NCBI RefSeq assembly: GCF_000189295.2
Contig: NC_016803.1
Coordinates: 510,001-542,000 of the forward strand
Origin: Pseudodesulfovibrio mercurii
Lineage (GTDB): Bacteria > Desulfobacterota > Desulfovibrionia > Desulfovibrionales > Desulfovibrionaceae
Direction: 5' to 3'
DNA length: 32,000 bases
Shown: positions 18,019-26,746 of the stretch, piece after piece
Numbering within the stretch: position 1 is the stretch's first letter
How the letters are laid out: every line of letters begins with the position of its first letter
The notes under the pieces: generated by a model
Seen by the model: only the letters and a program-made list of their open reading frames with translations
Told to the model about the DNA's origin: nothing
Database searches by the model: none
Made by a program: the position numbers and the translations under genes

Positions 18019-18054
18019 CGTTTCTCTTTTCCCCTTGCGCGTTCACCTGGTTCG

Positions 18055-18585
18055 CTACTTGTCCTGCAGCGTTTCCCAGAGCGGAAGGTAGTAATAATTG
18101 AGTTTGACCGTGTTGGTCGCGTAGTCCACCTTGAATTTGGCCCTGAGCTTGCGGTCCGGGAAGTTCCAGATCAGTTCGGAACTGTTCTCGCCCTCTTTCA
18201 TCTTCGGCTGGACATCGGCATTGACCTGATCGCGAAAGCCGGGAGACAGGTCGGCGGCCTTGATCTTGCCCGCCTTGTACAAGGCCGCCCTCTCTTTGAT
18301 GCCGCGCGTCAGTTCCTCACTGACCACGGTCACGATCTGGGCGTAGAGCTTTCCGTCCACCACGGCATAGGCAATCTCCGGCTTGCCGTACTTGTTCGCG
18401 GCGATGCCGCAGTCCGGGTCGTCATGGGTATAGTAGGAAACCGGGCCCGCTTCCTTGTATTTGTGAAACCCGTCGAATTGGGCGATGGCTTCCCCGAACG
18501 GGGGGTTTTGGCAGTCGAATTCACCGGCATGTCCCGTCGCGGGGAGCAGGCAGAGCGTGAGCAGCAACGGCAGTAACAATTTCAT
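18055..18585 (-). CDS. Secreted protein of unknown function
   Basis: 176 aa. N-terminal signal peptide MKLLLPLLLTLCLLPATGHA|GE. GGAGGAG RBS upstream on the - strand. More A/T-ending codons (AAA, GAA, TTG, TTA, CAA, TAT, AAT) than neighbouring genes. No family recognised. Confidence 0.7.
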   Translation of the reverse strand: MKLLLPLLLTLCLLPATGHAGEFDCQNPPFGEAIAQFDGFHKYKEAGPVSYYTHDDPDCGIAANKYGKPEIAYAVVDGKLYAQIVTVVSEELTRGIKERAALYKAGKIKAADLSPGFRDQVNADVQPKMKEGENSSELIWNFPDRKLRAKFKVDYATNTVKLNYYYLPLWETLQDK

Positions 18586-18771
18586 GCAACTCCTCCTTTT
18601 CTAATGTAAGTCGATGGATTACAGATACCCGGTTGTCGATTGATCCGCAATACGGTATCGCTCGATTCCCATGCGGGCGGGTTCCCCCCCCCGGCGGACA
18701 GGAACCGGTGCTCGGCCGTCGCCCGGAGGACTTCCGGGAGTATTCCACCACCCTTCTTTCCGAGGTTGTTC

Positions 18772-20274
18772 ATGGACAGTTATGCACAATTTCTGGCTTC
18801 GTCGGCCGATGACCGCCTGGTCCTGATCAAGTCGGCCCCTGACGGCTATTGGCAAGAACGGAGCGAACGGATGGCGCTCGACCTTTTCCGCCGATGCGCG
18901 GCGCGGGTCCCCGCCTACAGGGACTTTCTGCACCGAAACGGCGTCGATCCTGCCGCCATACGGGGCATGGACGACTTCGCCCGCATCCCCGCCACGGACA
19001 AGGAAAACTACATCAACCACTACCCCGTGGACCAGCTCTGCTGGGACGGGGAGCTGGGCCGTTCCCGCCTGATCGCGTCCAGCTCCGGCTCCACGGGCAC
19101 ACCCTGCTTCTGGCCCGCCTTCGACGAGCAGACCCGGCACACGGCCGAGGCCTGGGAGTTACTGTTTCGGGATTTCCTGGAGGTACGGAACCGGTCCACC
19201 CTGTTCATTGTCGCCTTCGCCATGGGCTTGTGGGCGGCCGGGACCAGCACGATGATGGCCAACGAATGGATTTCGCGCAAAGGCTACCCGCTGACCCTGG
19301 CGACGCCGGGGATTCACATTCCCGACGTGCTCGCCCTGGTCCGGTCCATGCACGACCGTTTCGACCAGATCGTCATTGCGGGCTATCCCCCGCATGTCAA
19401 AACCATCATCGATGCGGGGATTCGGGACGATCTCGACTGGAAGCGGCTCAAACTGCGGTTCGTGTTTACCGGCGAGGCCTTCACCGAACGCTGGCGGACC
19501 CGCTTCGCCGAGCAGACCGGCCTGGACAACATCCTGACCGACGCCCTCAACATGTACGGTTCGGCGGACATCGGCATGGTCGCCCACGAGACGCCGCTGA
19601 CGATCTGCCTGCGGCGCATGGCTGCGGAAGACGACAGCCTGGCCACCGCCCTGTTCGGCAGCGACCGGGTGCCCGCCGTGAATCAGTACAATCCCGAGAC
19701 CCGGTACTTCGAGACCGTGGACGGTCGACTGGTGGTCACGGCGCCGAGCGGCATTCCCCTGGTGCGCTACAATACCAGGGACATCGGCGGCACCCTCACC
19801 TACGGAGACCTTGAAACCCGGCTCTCCGCGCTCGGCATCGGGCTCCAGGCGAAAACCGAAGCCCTGGGCATTGCGCAGCGCATCTGGAAGACGCCGCTGG
19901 TCTATCTCTTCGGGCGGGGCAAGTTCGCCGCCAGCATCTACGGGATAACCATCTTCCCCGAGTACACCAAATGGATTCTGGACGCCCCGGAACTGACCCG
20001 CGTGCTGACCGGGAAATTCGTCATCACCACCGAGGATACGGACGACCTGCGGCAACAGCTCCGACTCCGGGTCGAACTTGCCGAGGGCGTAGAGCCCACC
20101 GGGCGGACCCGTGATCTGGTCAAATCCGTATTCGTCCGGGAGCTGCCCAGGATCAGCAGCGAATACCGCGCTCTGCTGCAGGACATGGGCGACAGGGTCC
20201 ACCCGGCCATCGACCTGCACCCCTTCGGCGACCCCGAACACTTCCCCAAGGACATCGTCAAAAAGGGCGCGTGA
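18772..20274 (+). CDS. Adenylate-forming enzyme, phenylacetate-CoA ligase (PaaK/CapK/F390-synthetase) family
   Basis: Trimmed to the ATG at 18772 (GAGG 6 nt upstream). VPAYRDFLHRNGVDPAAIRGMDDFARIPATDKENY plus the AMP-binding-like SSSGSTGTPCFWP. 500 aa. Confidence 0.8.
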   Translation: MDSYAQFLASSADDRLVLIKSAPDGYWQERSERMALDLFRRCAARVPAYRDFLHRNGVDPAAIRGMDDFARIPATDKENYINHYPVDQLCWDGELGRSRLIASSSGSTGTPCFWPAFDEQTRHTAEAWELLFRDFLEVRNRSTLFIVAFAMGLWAAGTSTMMANEWISRKGYPLTLATPGIHIPDVLALVRSMHDRFDQIVIAGYPPHVKTIIDAGIRDDLDWKRLKLRFVFTGEAFTERWRTRFAEQTGLDNILTDALNMYGSADIGMVAHETPLTICLRRMAAEDDSLATALFGSDRVPAVNQYNPETRYFETVDGRLVVTAPSGIPLVRYNTRDIGGTLTYGDLETRLSALGIGLQAKTEALGIAQRIWKTPLVYLFGRGKFAASIYGITIFPEYTKWILDAPELTRVLTGKFVITTEDTDDLRQQLRLRVELAEGVEPTGRTRDLVKSVFVRELPRISSEYRALLQDMGDRVHPAIDLHPFGDPEHFPKDIVKKGA

Positions 20275-20324
20275 CGCGCGGCCTCCGAGGTTGCACACCG
20301 CCGAAGACGCCCGCCTGCGGGGCG

Positions 20325-20357
20325 AAAAAAAAGGGAGGCCGGTCGGGCCTCCCTTTT
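20325..20357. terminator. Bidirectional terminator (ligase / convergent secF)
   Basis: GGGAGGCC (20333-20340) pairs with GGCCTCCC (20346-20353). A8 on the left gives a U8 tail for - strand secF; T4 on the right serves the + strand. Confidence 0.75.
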
Positions 20358-20377
20358 GTATTGGCATGTGGAGCCGG

Positions 20378-21439
20378 TTAGGCTTCTTCGGCCTCCGGTT
20401 GTTCGCTGGGGCCGAATCCGTAGAGGATGGGGCTGGCAACGAAGATGGAGGAGTACGTACCCACGGTGATGCCGATGAGCAGCGCCAGGGCGAAGTCGTG
20501 GATGACCGAGCCGCCCATGACGTACAGGCAGAGCACCACGAGGAGCGTGGTGGCCGAGGTCATGATGGTGCGCGACAGGGTCTGGTTGACCGACAGGTTG
20601 ATGATCCTGCCGAAGGACATCTTGCCCTGCTTGGCATGGGTGTTCTCGCGGATGCGGTCGAAGACGATGATGGTGTCGTTGAGCGAGTAGCCGACGATGG
20701 TCAGCAACGCGGCGATGATGGTCAGGTCGAATTCCTTGTTCATGATGGAGAACAGGCCGACCGTGATGATCACGTCGTGTATGAGGGCGACCACCGCGCC
20801 CAGGGCATAGTTGAGCTTGAGGTACCAGCACAGCCCCACGGTGATGATCAGGGCGACCAGGATGAGCCAGCCCATGTCCAGGCCGAGCAGACCGATGCCG
20901 TACACGCCGCCCGCCAGGGCGGCGGCCATGACCGCGGCCGCGGTCCAGCGCTGCTCGAAGCGGCCGGAGATGTACACGGCGATGAGCAGGACCGCGTAGA
21001 ACAGGGCCTCAAGGGCCTGGGAGCGGAGGTCCGCGCCGACCTTGGGGCCGACCATCTCGAGCCGCTGGATCTCGAAGCTCGCGCCGAGGTTGTCGGTCAG
21101 GGCCGTGTTGATCTTGCCCCGGACCTCTTCGGACGAGATGTTCGAGGAGGAGGTCCGGATCAGGTACTCGTGGTCACCCTCGAGGCCGAGGGACTGGACC
21201 ACCAGGCCGGGCAGCTTGAGCGTGTCCACGGCGTCCTTGATGGCGCCCACGTCCACGGCCTTGTCGACCTTCACCTGGACGATCATGCCGCCCGCGAAGT
21301 CGATGCCGTATTTGGGGCCGCCCTTGATCAGCAGGGAGCCGAGACCGGCCAGGATGAGGACCGCCGACAGGATGAAGGCGATCTTCCTGATGCCGATGAA
21401 GTCCAGATTGGTGTCGGGTTTGATTATCTGAAGTCCCAT
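20378..21439 (-). CDS. secF: Protein translocase subunit SecF
   Basis: 353 aa. MGLQIIKPDTNLDFIGIRK, then six TM segments. SLNDTIIVFDRIREN is the SecD/F signature. Confidence 0.95.
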   Translation of the reverse strand: MGLQIIKPDTNLDFIGIRKIAFILSAVLILAGLGSLLIKGGPKYGIDFAGGMIVQVKVDKAVDVGAIKDAVDTLKLPGLVVQSLGLEGDHEYLIRTSSSNISSEEVRGKINTALTDNLGASFEIQRLEMVGPKVGADLRSQALEALFYAVLLIAVYISGRFEQRWTAAAVMAAALAGGVYGIGLLGLDMGWLILVALIITVGLCWYLKLNYALGAVVALIHDVIITVGLFSIMNKEFDLTIIAALLTIVGYSLNDTIIVFDRIRENTHAKQGKMSFGRIINLSVNQTLSRTIMTSATTLLVVLCLYVMGGSVIHDFALALLIGITVGTYSSIFVASPILYGFGPSEQPEAEEA

Positions 21440-21449
21440 TATCGTCCCC

Positions 21450-23045
21450 CTAGACGCTCAGCTTGGCGTTGTCGGCGCGGTTTTTCAGGTACAGGTCGAA
21501 CAGGATGCGCGACACGAAGATGGCCGTGAACATGGAGGTGATGATGCCGAGCGTCAGCGTGACGGCGAAGCCGCGGATGGGCCCGGTACCGAACTGGTAC
21601 AGGATGATGGCCGCGATGACCGTGGTCACGTTGGCGTCGAGGATGGTCAGGGTGGCCCTGCCGTATCCTTCCGCCACGGACTGCTTGGGCGACAGGCCGC
21701 GCCGCAGTTCCTCGCGGATGCGCTCGTAGATGATGACGTTGGCGTCAACGGCCATGCCGATGGTCAGGATGATGCCCGCAATGCCCGGCAGGGTCAGGGT
21801 CGCGCCGAACGCGGCCAGACCGCCCATGATGAGCATGATGTTCAGGACCAGGACGATGTCGGCGACCACGCCGCCGAAACCGTAGTAGACGACCATGCAC
21901 AGCAGGACCAGGGCCATGCCCACCATGGCGGACATGATGCCGCTGTTGATGGATTCCTGGCCCAGGGACGGACCGACGGAGCGCTGTTCCAGGATGGTCA
22001 CGGGCGCGGGCAGGGAACCGGCGCGGAGCACGACCGCAAGGTCACGGGCTTCTTCACGGGTGAAGTTGCCGGTGATGGAGGCCTTGCCGCCCGCGATGCG
22101 CTCGCGGATGACCGGCGCGGAATAGACCTGGCCGTCCAGGACGATGGCCATGCGCTTGTTCACGTTGTCGGCGGTCAGGTCGGTGAAGATCTTGGCCCCG
22201 CGGGCGTTGAAGGTCAGCGCGACGTAGGCGTTGTTCCACTGGTCCAGGCGGACCTGGGCGTCGGACACGTACTCGCCGGTCAGGACCGCGTCCTTCTTGA
22301 GGACGATGGGCGACTTGGCGTAGGTGCCGTTGGCCTGACGGTGCAGGAGATCGGCCAGTTCGCGGCCGGGGCTGAGGATGCCCTGCTGGGCCTTCTTCAG
22401 GTCGGCGGAGTCATCGACCATCTTGAATTCGAGATGGGCGGTCTGGCCGATGATCCTGATGGCCCGCTCGGGATCGGCCAGGCCGGGCAGCTGGACCTGG
22501 ATGCGGTTGTCCTGCTGCTTGCGGATCTCGGGTTCGGCCACGCCGAACTGGTCGATGCGGTTGCGGATGGTCTTGATGGCCTGGTCCATGGTCAGCTTTT
22601 CGACCTCGGTGCGGTACTTGGGCGGCACGGACAGGACGTATTTGACCTTGTCGCCGTCGAGCGGCGTGGACTGTTCGATGGTGAACGGGGTGTAGTCCTT
22701 GATGACGCCTTCAAAAGCGTCCTTCTGCTCGGACTTGATGAGCGTGACCTCGATGGCGTTCTCGTTCAGGACGGTCGGACGCAGGATGTAGACGTCCTGC
22801 TCGCGGGCGGACGCCTTTAGGTCGTCGCCCAGCCGGGCCAGGTTGTTGTCCATGGCCGTCTTCATGTCCACGCCGAGGGTCAGGTAGATGCCGCCCTTGA
22901 GGTCGAGGCCGAGGTTGATCCCGTTGCCCGGCAGGACCTTGCCGAGGGACGAATCCTTGACGCCGGGCAGGGACGGCAGCATGAAGGCCAGCCCCAGGAG
23001 CACGACGAAGAGAGCGATGATGGCTCTCAGACGCAAACTTTGCAT
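21450..23045 (-). CDS. secD: Protein translocase subunit SecD
   Basis: 531 aa. GINLGLDLKGGIYLTL, a periplasmic domain, then the TM bundle with GMAVDANVIIYERIREE. 10-nt gap to secF. Confidence 0.95.
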   Translation of the reverse strand: MQSLRLRAIIALFVVLLGLAFMLPSLPGVKDSSLGKVLPGNGINLGLDLKGGIYLTLGVDMKTAMDNNLARLGDDLKASAREQDVYILRPTVLNENAIEVTLIKSEQKDAFEGVIKDYTPFTIEQSTPLDGDKVKYVLSVPPKYRTEVEKLTMDQAIKTIRNRIDQFGVAEPEIRKQQDNRIQVQLPGLADPERAIRIIGQTAHLEFKMVDDSADLKKAQQGILSPGRELADLLHRQANGTYAKSPIVLKKDAVLTGEYVSDAQVRLDQWNNAYVALTFNARGAKIFTDLTADNVNKRMAIVLDGQVYSAPVIRERIAGGKASITGNFTREEARDLAVVLRAGSLPAPVTILEQRSVGPSLGQESINSGIMSAMVGMALVLLCMVVYYGFGGVVADIVLVLNIMLIMGGLAAFGATLTLPGIAGIILTIGMAVDANVIIYERIREELRRGLSPKQSVAEGYGRATLTILDANVTTVIAAIILYQFGTGPIRGFAVTLTLGIITSMFTAIFVSRILFDLYLKNRADNAKLSV

Positions 23046-23108
23046 GAAATCTCCCTGTAATACAAACTGGTTGCTACCCGCCTGAGAGGACCCACGACAA
23101 ACGCAAGC

Positions 23109-23145
23109 GCGGATCGGGCCACCTTACGGGTGTGGTCCGATCCGC
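23109..23145 (-). other. Large stem-loop in the yajC-secD spacer
   Basis: GCGGATCGG (23109-23117) pairs perfectly with CCGATCCGC (23137-23145), and about 5 further inner pairs extend the stem. No clear U-tract follows on the - strand. Confidence 0.4.
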
Positions 23146-23174
23146 ACGGAAGTCTCGGGTGCCGGCGCAAGAAC

Positions 23175-23537
23175 CTACTTCTTCTTTTTGTCCGTTGCGG
23201 GCGCGGCGCCGTCCTTGTCCGCGACAAAGCCGCGCTTGATGACGACGTTGACGCCCGAGGCGATCTCGATGGTCAGGTTGTCGCCATCGATGTCGACGAT
23301 GGCGCCGAGGATGCCGCCGTTGGTCCAGACCTTGTCGCCCTTCTTGAGAGCGTCGAGCATGGCCCGATGAGCCTTTTGCTTCTTCTGCTGCGGACGGATG
23401 AGCAGGAAGTAGAAGATGGCGAACATCAGGACGAGCATGGGCAGCGGGCCGCCCAGGATGCCGCCGAGGCCGCCTGCGGCGCCGCCATCGCCGCCCGCGG
23501 GCGGAGCCATGGCGAAGGCTACGGAATCGAAGAACAT
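23175..23537 (-). CDS. yajC: Preprotein translocase subunit YajC
   Basis: The track start (TTG 23549) lies inside the GGAGGA RBS, so the ATG at 23537 is preferred. Single TM helix LPMLVLMFAIFYFLLIRPQQKKQK, then GDKVWTNGGILGAIVDIDGD. Confidence 0.85.
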   Translation of the reverse strand: MFFDSVAFAMAPPAGGDGGAAGGLGGILGGPLPMLVLMFAIFYFLLIRPQQKKQKAHRAMLDALKKGDKVWTNGGILGAIVDIDGDNLTIEIASGVNVVIKRGFVADKDGAAPATDKKKK

Positions 23538-23579
23538 TGGTTCCTCCAAAGGTAATGAGTGTTGTATCTTCCCCGCCGT

Positions 23580-24341
23580 CTAGCAGGGGACGTACAGATT
23601 GCCGTACGGCCGGTGCGAAAACGGACGAATTTTCACGAAGTTCTCGCTTAAAATCGCCTTGCTGTCCAGCTTCAATTCCTTGGCGTATTCATTGACCAGC
23701 CCTTCGATGACCTTGAGGTCGTCGGAATCCACGGGGGTGGCCGTCAGTCCGGGACCGAGCTGGTCTTCGGGAACGGCGCCGCGGACGTAGATCACGCCGC
23801 CGTGCATGCCCGTCCCGAGACTCCGTCCCGCAACAGGCGCATCAGGCTTATCAGAAAACATACCCAAGAGCAAAATAATTCCACCGGCCATGTATTCGCC
23901 GAGGAAGTCCCCCGCCTTGCCGCCGACCACGATCCTGGGCTGGTGCTCCAGGTAGGCCTTCATGTGGATGCCCACGCGGTAGCCCACGTCGCCCTTGATG
24001 AAGATGTCGCCGCCGCGCATGGCGTAGCCGATGACGTCTCCGGCCAGTCCCTCGATGACGATCCGGCCGGCGTCCATGGTGTTGCCCACGCCGTCCTGGG
24101 CGTTGTTGTGCACCCGGACGTGCGGGCCGCGCATGAACGCGCCCAGATCCTGGCCGGGAACGCCGTAGATGTCGAAGTTGAAGTCGCCGTCCAGCGCGGT
24201 GGCCAGGTAGCGCTGGCCGTTGCACTCCCTGATGACGAAGTCGGTCACGCCGTCCTCGACCAGGGCGCGGATCTCCTCGTTGAACTGCCTGTAGTAGGTC
24301 CGCCCTGCCGTGAGGGTCTTCTGTTTTCTCTTGGCTGCCAT
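23580..24341 (-). CDS. Glutamate synthase GXGXG beta-helix domain protein (GltB C-terminal-domain type)
   Basis: 253 aa. Repeated G-x-G turns: GVPGQDLGAFMRGPHVRVHNNAQDGVGNTMDAGRIVIEGLAGDVIGYAMRGGDIFIKGDVGYRVG. The start abuts the upstream stop (0-nt gap). Confidence 0.85.
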   Translation of the reverse strand: MAAKRKQKTLTAGRTYYRQFNEEIRALVEDGVTDFVIRECNGQRYLATALDGDFNFDIYGVPGQDLGAFMRGPHVRVHNNAQDGVGNTMDAGRIVIEGLAGDVIGYAMRGGDIFIKGDVGYRVGIHMKAYLEHQPRIVVGGKAGDFLGEYMAGGIILLLGMFSDKPDAPVAGRSLGTGMHGGVIYVRGAVPEDQLGPGLTATPVDSDDLKVIEGLVNEYAKELKLDSKAILSENFVKIRPFSHRPYGNLYVPC

Positions 24342-25439
24342 CTAATCCTCCAGGTCCACGATGACGGGTTCGCCCGCCTTGGGCATCCAGACGCGGTCCA
24401 GCTCGGGACAGACGTCGCGCACGGCCGATTCCTCGCTCGACATGAAGATCATGTCGTCCTTCTCGGCCACCAGCAGGGGCCGCAGCTTGATGCGGTCATT
24501 CAGGCCCATGAGCCGGTTGTTGTCGGCCACCAGGATGGCGAAGGGCCCGTTGAGCATGGCCGGACCGTAGGTGGCGCGCAGGGTGGTGTACAGTTCCCTG
24601 TCCTCCGCGTCCATGCGCTCGATCTCGTCCCAGAACGGGGGGGCGAAGACCTTGGCGGCCATCTCCCAGGACAGGCCGTGCTTGCGGATGAGCATGTCCA
24701 GCTCGTAGGCCACGACCTCGGTGTCGGTCATCATGGTGCAGAGGTAGTCGTGCTCGCACAGGTAGCGGCGGTTGATGCCGTAGGAGGAAATCTCGCCGTT
24801 GTGCACGATGGACCAGTTCAGGATGGTGAACGGGTGCGCCCCGCCCCACCAGCCCGGGGTGTTGGTCGGGAACCGGTTGTGGCCGGTCCAGATGTAGGCG
24901 CTGTATTCCTCCAGGCGGAAGAAGTCGGCGATGTCCTCGGGGAAGCCCACGCCCTTGAAGGCGCCCATGTTCTTGCCCGAGGAGACCACGAAGGCCCCGG
25001 CCACGGCGGTGTTGATCTTCATGACCACGGCCACCACGTAGTCCTCTTCCGGCAGTTCGCGGAACTCGTTCTCCGGTTTTTCCGGCACGGTCACGAAGTA
25101 GCGGTTGAACTTGGGCGGCGTGGGGATGGCCAGGGTCCTGCGGGTGGGGATGGGCTCGTAGAAGTGCAGATCGAAGTACTTCTTGATCATCTCCTCGGAG
25201 CCCTTGATGGCCGCGTCGTCGTCGCACATCATGTGGAAGCAGTACTTCTCGGCGTGCTCGGGGTAGATGCCGTAGGCCGCGAACCCGCCGCCCAGGCCGT
25301 TGCCCCGGTCGTGCATGCAGGTCATGGCCTGGATGGGCATGTCGCCCGGGATCAGGCCCCGCTTCCTGTTGATGACGCCGAATATCCCGCAGCCGGAGAT
25401 ATCCTTCTGGAAATCATAATATCTTTCAGGTGCTTTCAT
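24342..25439 (-). CDS. Class-II (Ntn) glutamine amidotransferase domain protein (GltB N-terminal-domain type)
   Basis: Track ORF 24342..26051 trimmed to the ATG at 25439 (MKAPERYY). The upstream part is an out-of-frame overlap with the flavoprotein gene. Motifs CGIFGV, GHNRFPTNTPGWWGGAHPF, VHNGEISSYG. Confidence 0.85.
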   Translation of the reverse strand: MKAPERYYDFQKDISGCGIFGVINRKRGLIPGDMPIQAMTCMHDRGNGLGGGFAAYGIYPEHAEKYCFHMMCDDDAAIKGSEEMIKKYFDLHFYEPIPTRRTLAIPTPPKFNRYFVTVPEKPENEFRELPEEDYVVAVVMKINTAVAGAFVVSSGKNMGAFKGVGFPEDIADFFRLEEYSAYIWTGHNRFPTNTPGWWGGAHPFTILNWSIVHNGEISSYGINRRYLCEHDYLCTMMTDTEVVAYELDMLIRKHGLSWEMAAKVFAPPFWDEIERMDAEDRELYTTLRATYGPAMLNGPFAILVADNNRLMGLNDRIKLRPLLVAEKDDMIFMSSEESAVRDVCPELDRVWMPKAGEPVIVDLED

Positions 25440-25450
25440 TGCGTGATCCT

Positions 25451-26737
25451 TTAATCCGGTTCCACGACGCCGGGATTCCAGGTTTCCTTGAAGAACTCGT
25501 CCGGCCACATGAGCACGTCGGGCGCTCCGGCCAGAATCTGCTTCCTGGCGTCCTCGGGAACGGCCAGCTGGAATTTGACGAAGGCGGTGTACATGCCCGC
25601 CATGTCGATGTCGCCCACCAGCACGTAGCCGACAAGCCGGTCGTTGTGGAAGACGAGCTTGCGGTAGCTTTTCTTCTTCTGGTCCAGGGAGACGGCCACG
25701 TCGTAGGCGGCGTCGCCCTCGGGCGGGTTGACCGTGCCCACGGAGATGGTCGGCAGCCCGTAGAAGGAAATGGAGTTCATGGACAGGGAGCCGGTGAAGG
25801 GCACGTCCGCGCCGGTCATGTTCTTGCCCGCGCAGAATCCCTGGTTGTACGCGTTGGTCCAGATGGGGATGACTCGGTCGTCGCCGAACAGCAGGTCCCT
25901 GGCCTGGGCCACGTCGCCCGCGGCGAACACGCCCGGCGCGCTGGTGCGCATGTGGTCGTCCACCTTGATGCCCCGGTCCACCGCTATCCCGGCCTCCTTG
26001 GCCAGGTTGTAGTTGGGGACCACGCCGATGGCGATGACCACCACGTCGCATTGCAGGAAGTCGCCGTCGGTCAGGTGCACGCCCTTGAGGTTGCCCTCCT
26101 GGTCGCGCTGGATCTCCTTGGCCGACACGCCGCAGCGCACGTTCAGGCCGACCTCGGCCAGGCGCGAACCGGCCAGGGCGGCCGCATTCTCGTCAAAGGC
26201 CAGGCTCAGGATGCGCGGCGAGAGCTCCAGGATGGTCACGTCCACGCCCCGGTCGAACAGGGATTCGCCGGCCTTGAGCCCGATGAGCCCGCCGCCGATG
26301 ACCACCGCCCGCTTTATCTCCTTGGCCTTGGAGATGAGCGTGTGGGCGTGGGCCAGGTTGGTGAAGTTGTACACGTCGGCCCCGTCCGAGCCCGGAATGG
26401 GCGGGGTGAACGGGATGCCGCCGGTGGCGACGAGCAGGTTCTCGAACTCCACCACGTCGCCCTTGTCCGTGGTCACGGTTCTGGCCTTGGTGTCGATGGC
26501 CGTGACCCTGGTGCCGAGCATCACGGAGACCTTGCTTTTCTCGTAGAATTCCTGGGGCCTGAGGGACAGGCGGTCCGGGCCGATCTTGCCCGCCAGCAGG
26601 TAGGAGATGAGCGGGCGGCCGTAGGCCGGGGCGTCCTCGGCCCCGATGACCAGGATCTCGTTTTCGGTATCGACCTTGCGGATGCCCTCGATGGCTCCGA
26701 TGGAGGCGATGCCGTTGCCGATGATGACGTATTTCAT
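25451..26737 (-). CDS. FAD/NAD(P)-dependent pyridine nucleotide-disulfide-family oxidoreductase
   Basis: 428 aa. First dinucleotide fold MKYVIIGNGIASIGA, second VVIGGGLIGLKAGE. GVFAAGDVA is the FAD-binding motif. Confidence 0.85.
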   Translation of the reverse strand: MKYVIIGNGIASIGAIEGIRKVDTENEILVIGAEDAPAYGRPLISYLLAGKIGPDRLSLRPQEFYEKSKVSVMLGTRVTAIDTKARTVTTDKGDVVEFENLLVATGGIPFTPPIPGSDGADVYNFTNLAHAHTLISKAKEIKRAVVIGGGLIGLKAGESLFDRGVDVTILELSPRILSLAFDENAAALAGSRLAEVGLNVRCGVSAKEIQRDQEGNLKGVHLTDGDFLQCDVVVIAIGVVPNYNLAKEAGIAVDRGIKVDDHMRTSAPGVFAAGDVAQARDLLFGDDRVIPIWTNAYNQGFCAGKNMTGADVPFTGSLSMNSISFYGLPTISVGTVNPPEGDAAYDVAVSLDQKKKSYRKLVFHNDRLVGYVLVGDIDMAGMYTAFVKFQLAVPEDARKQILAGAPDVLMWPDEFFKETWNPGVVEPD

Positions 26738-26746
26738 GGTCGCTCC

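Noticed and set aside
18640-18771. TTG-initiated upstream extension of the ligase ORF
   Set aside because: The extension includes the C9 tract and Pro/Arg-rich sequence. The ATG at 18772 has a properly spaced GAGG.
19159-21529. ORFs 19159..20439 (-) and 20111..21529 (+)
   Set aside because: They are antisense to the ligase and to secF respectively, and they run straight through the bidirectional terminator at 20325-20357.
23802-25454. 550-aa + strand ORF
   Set aside because: It is antisense to the GXGXG and amidotransferase genes, with shadow-ORF composition.
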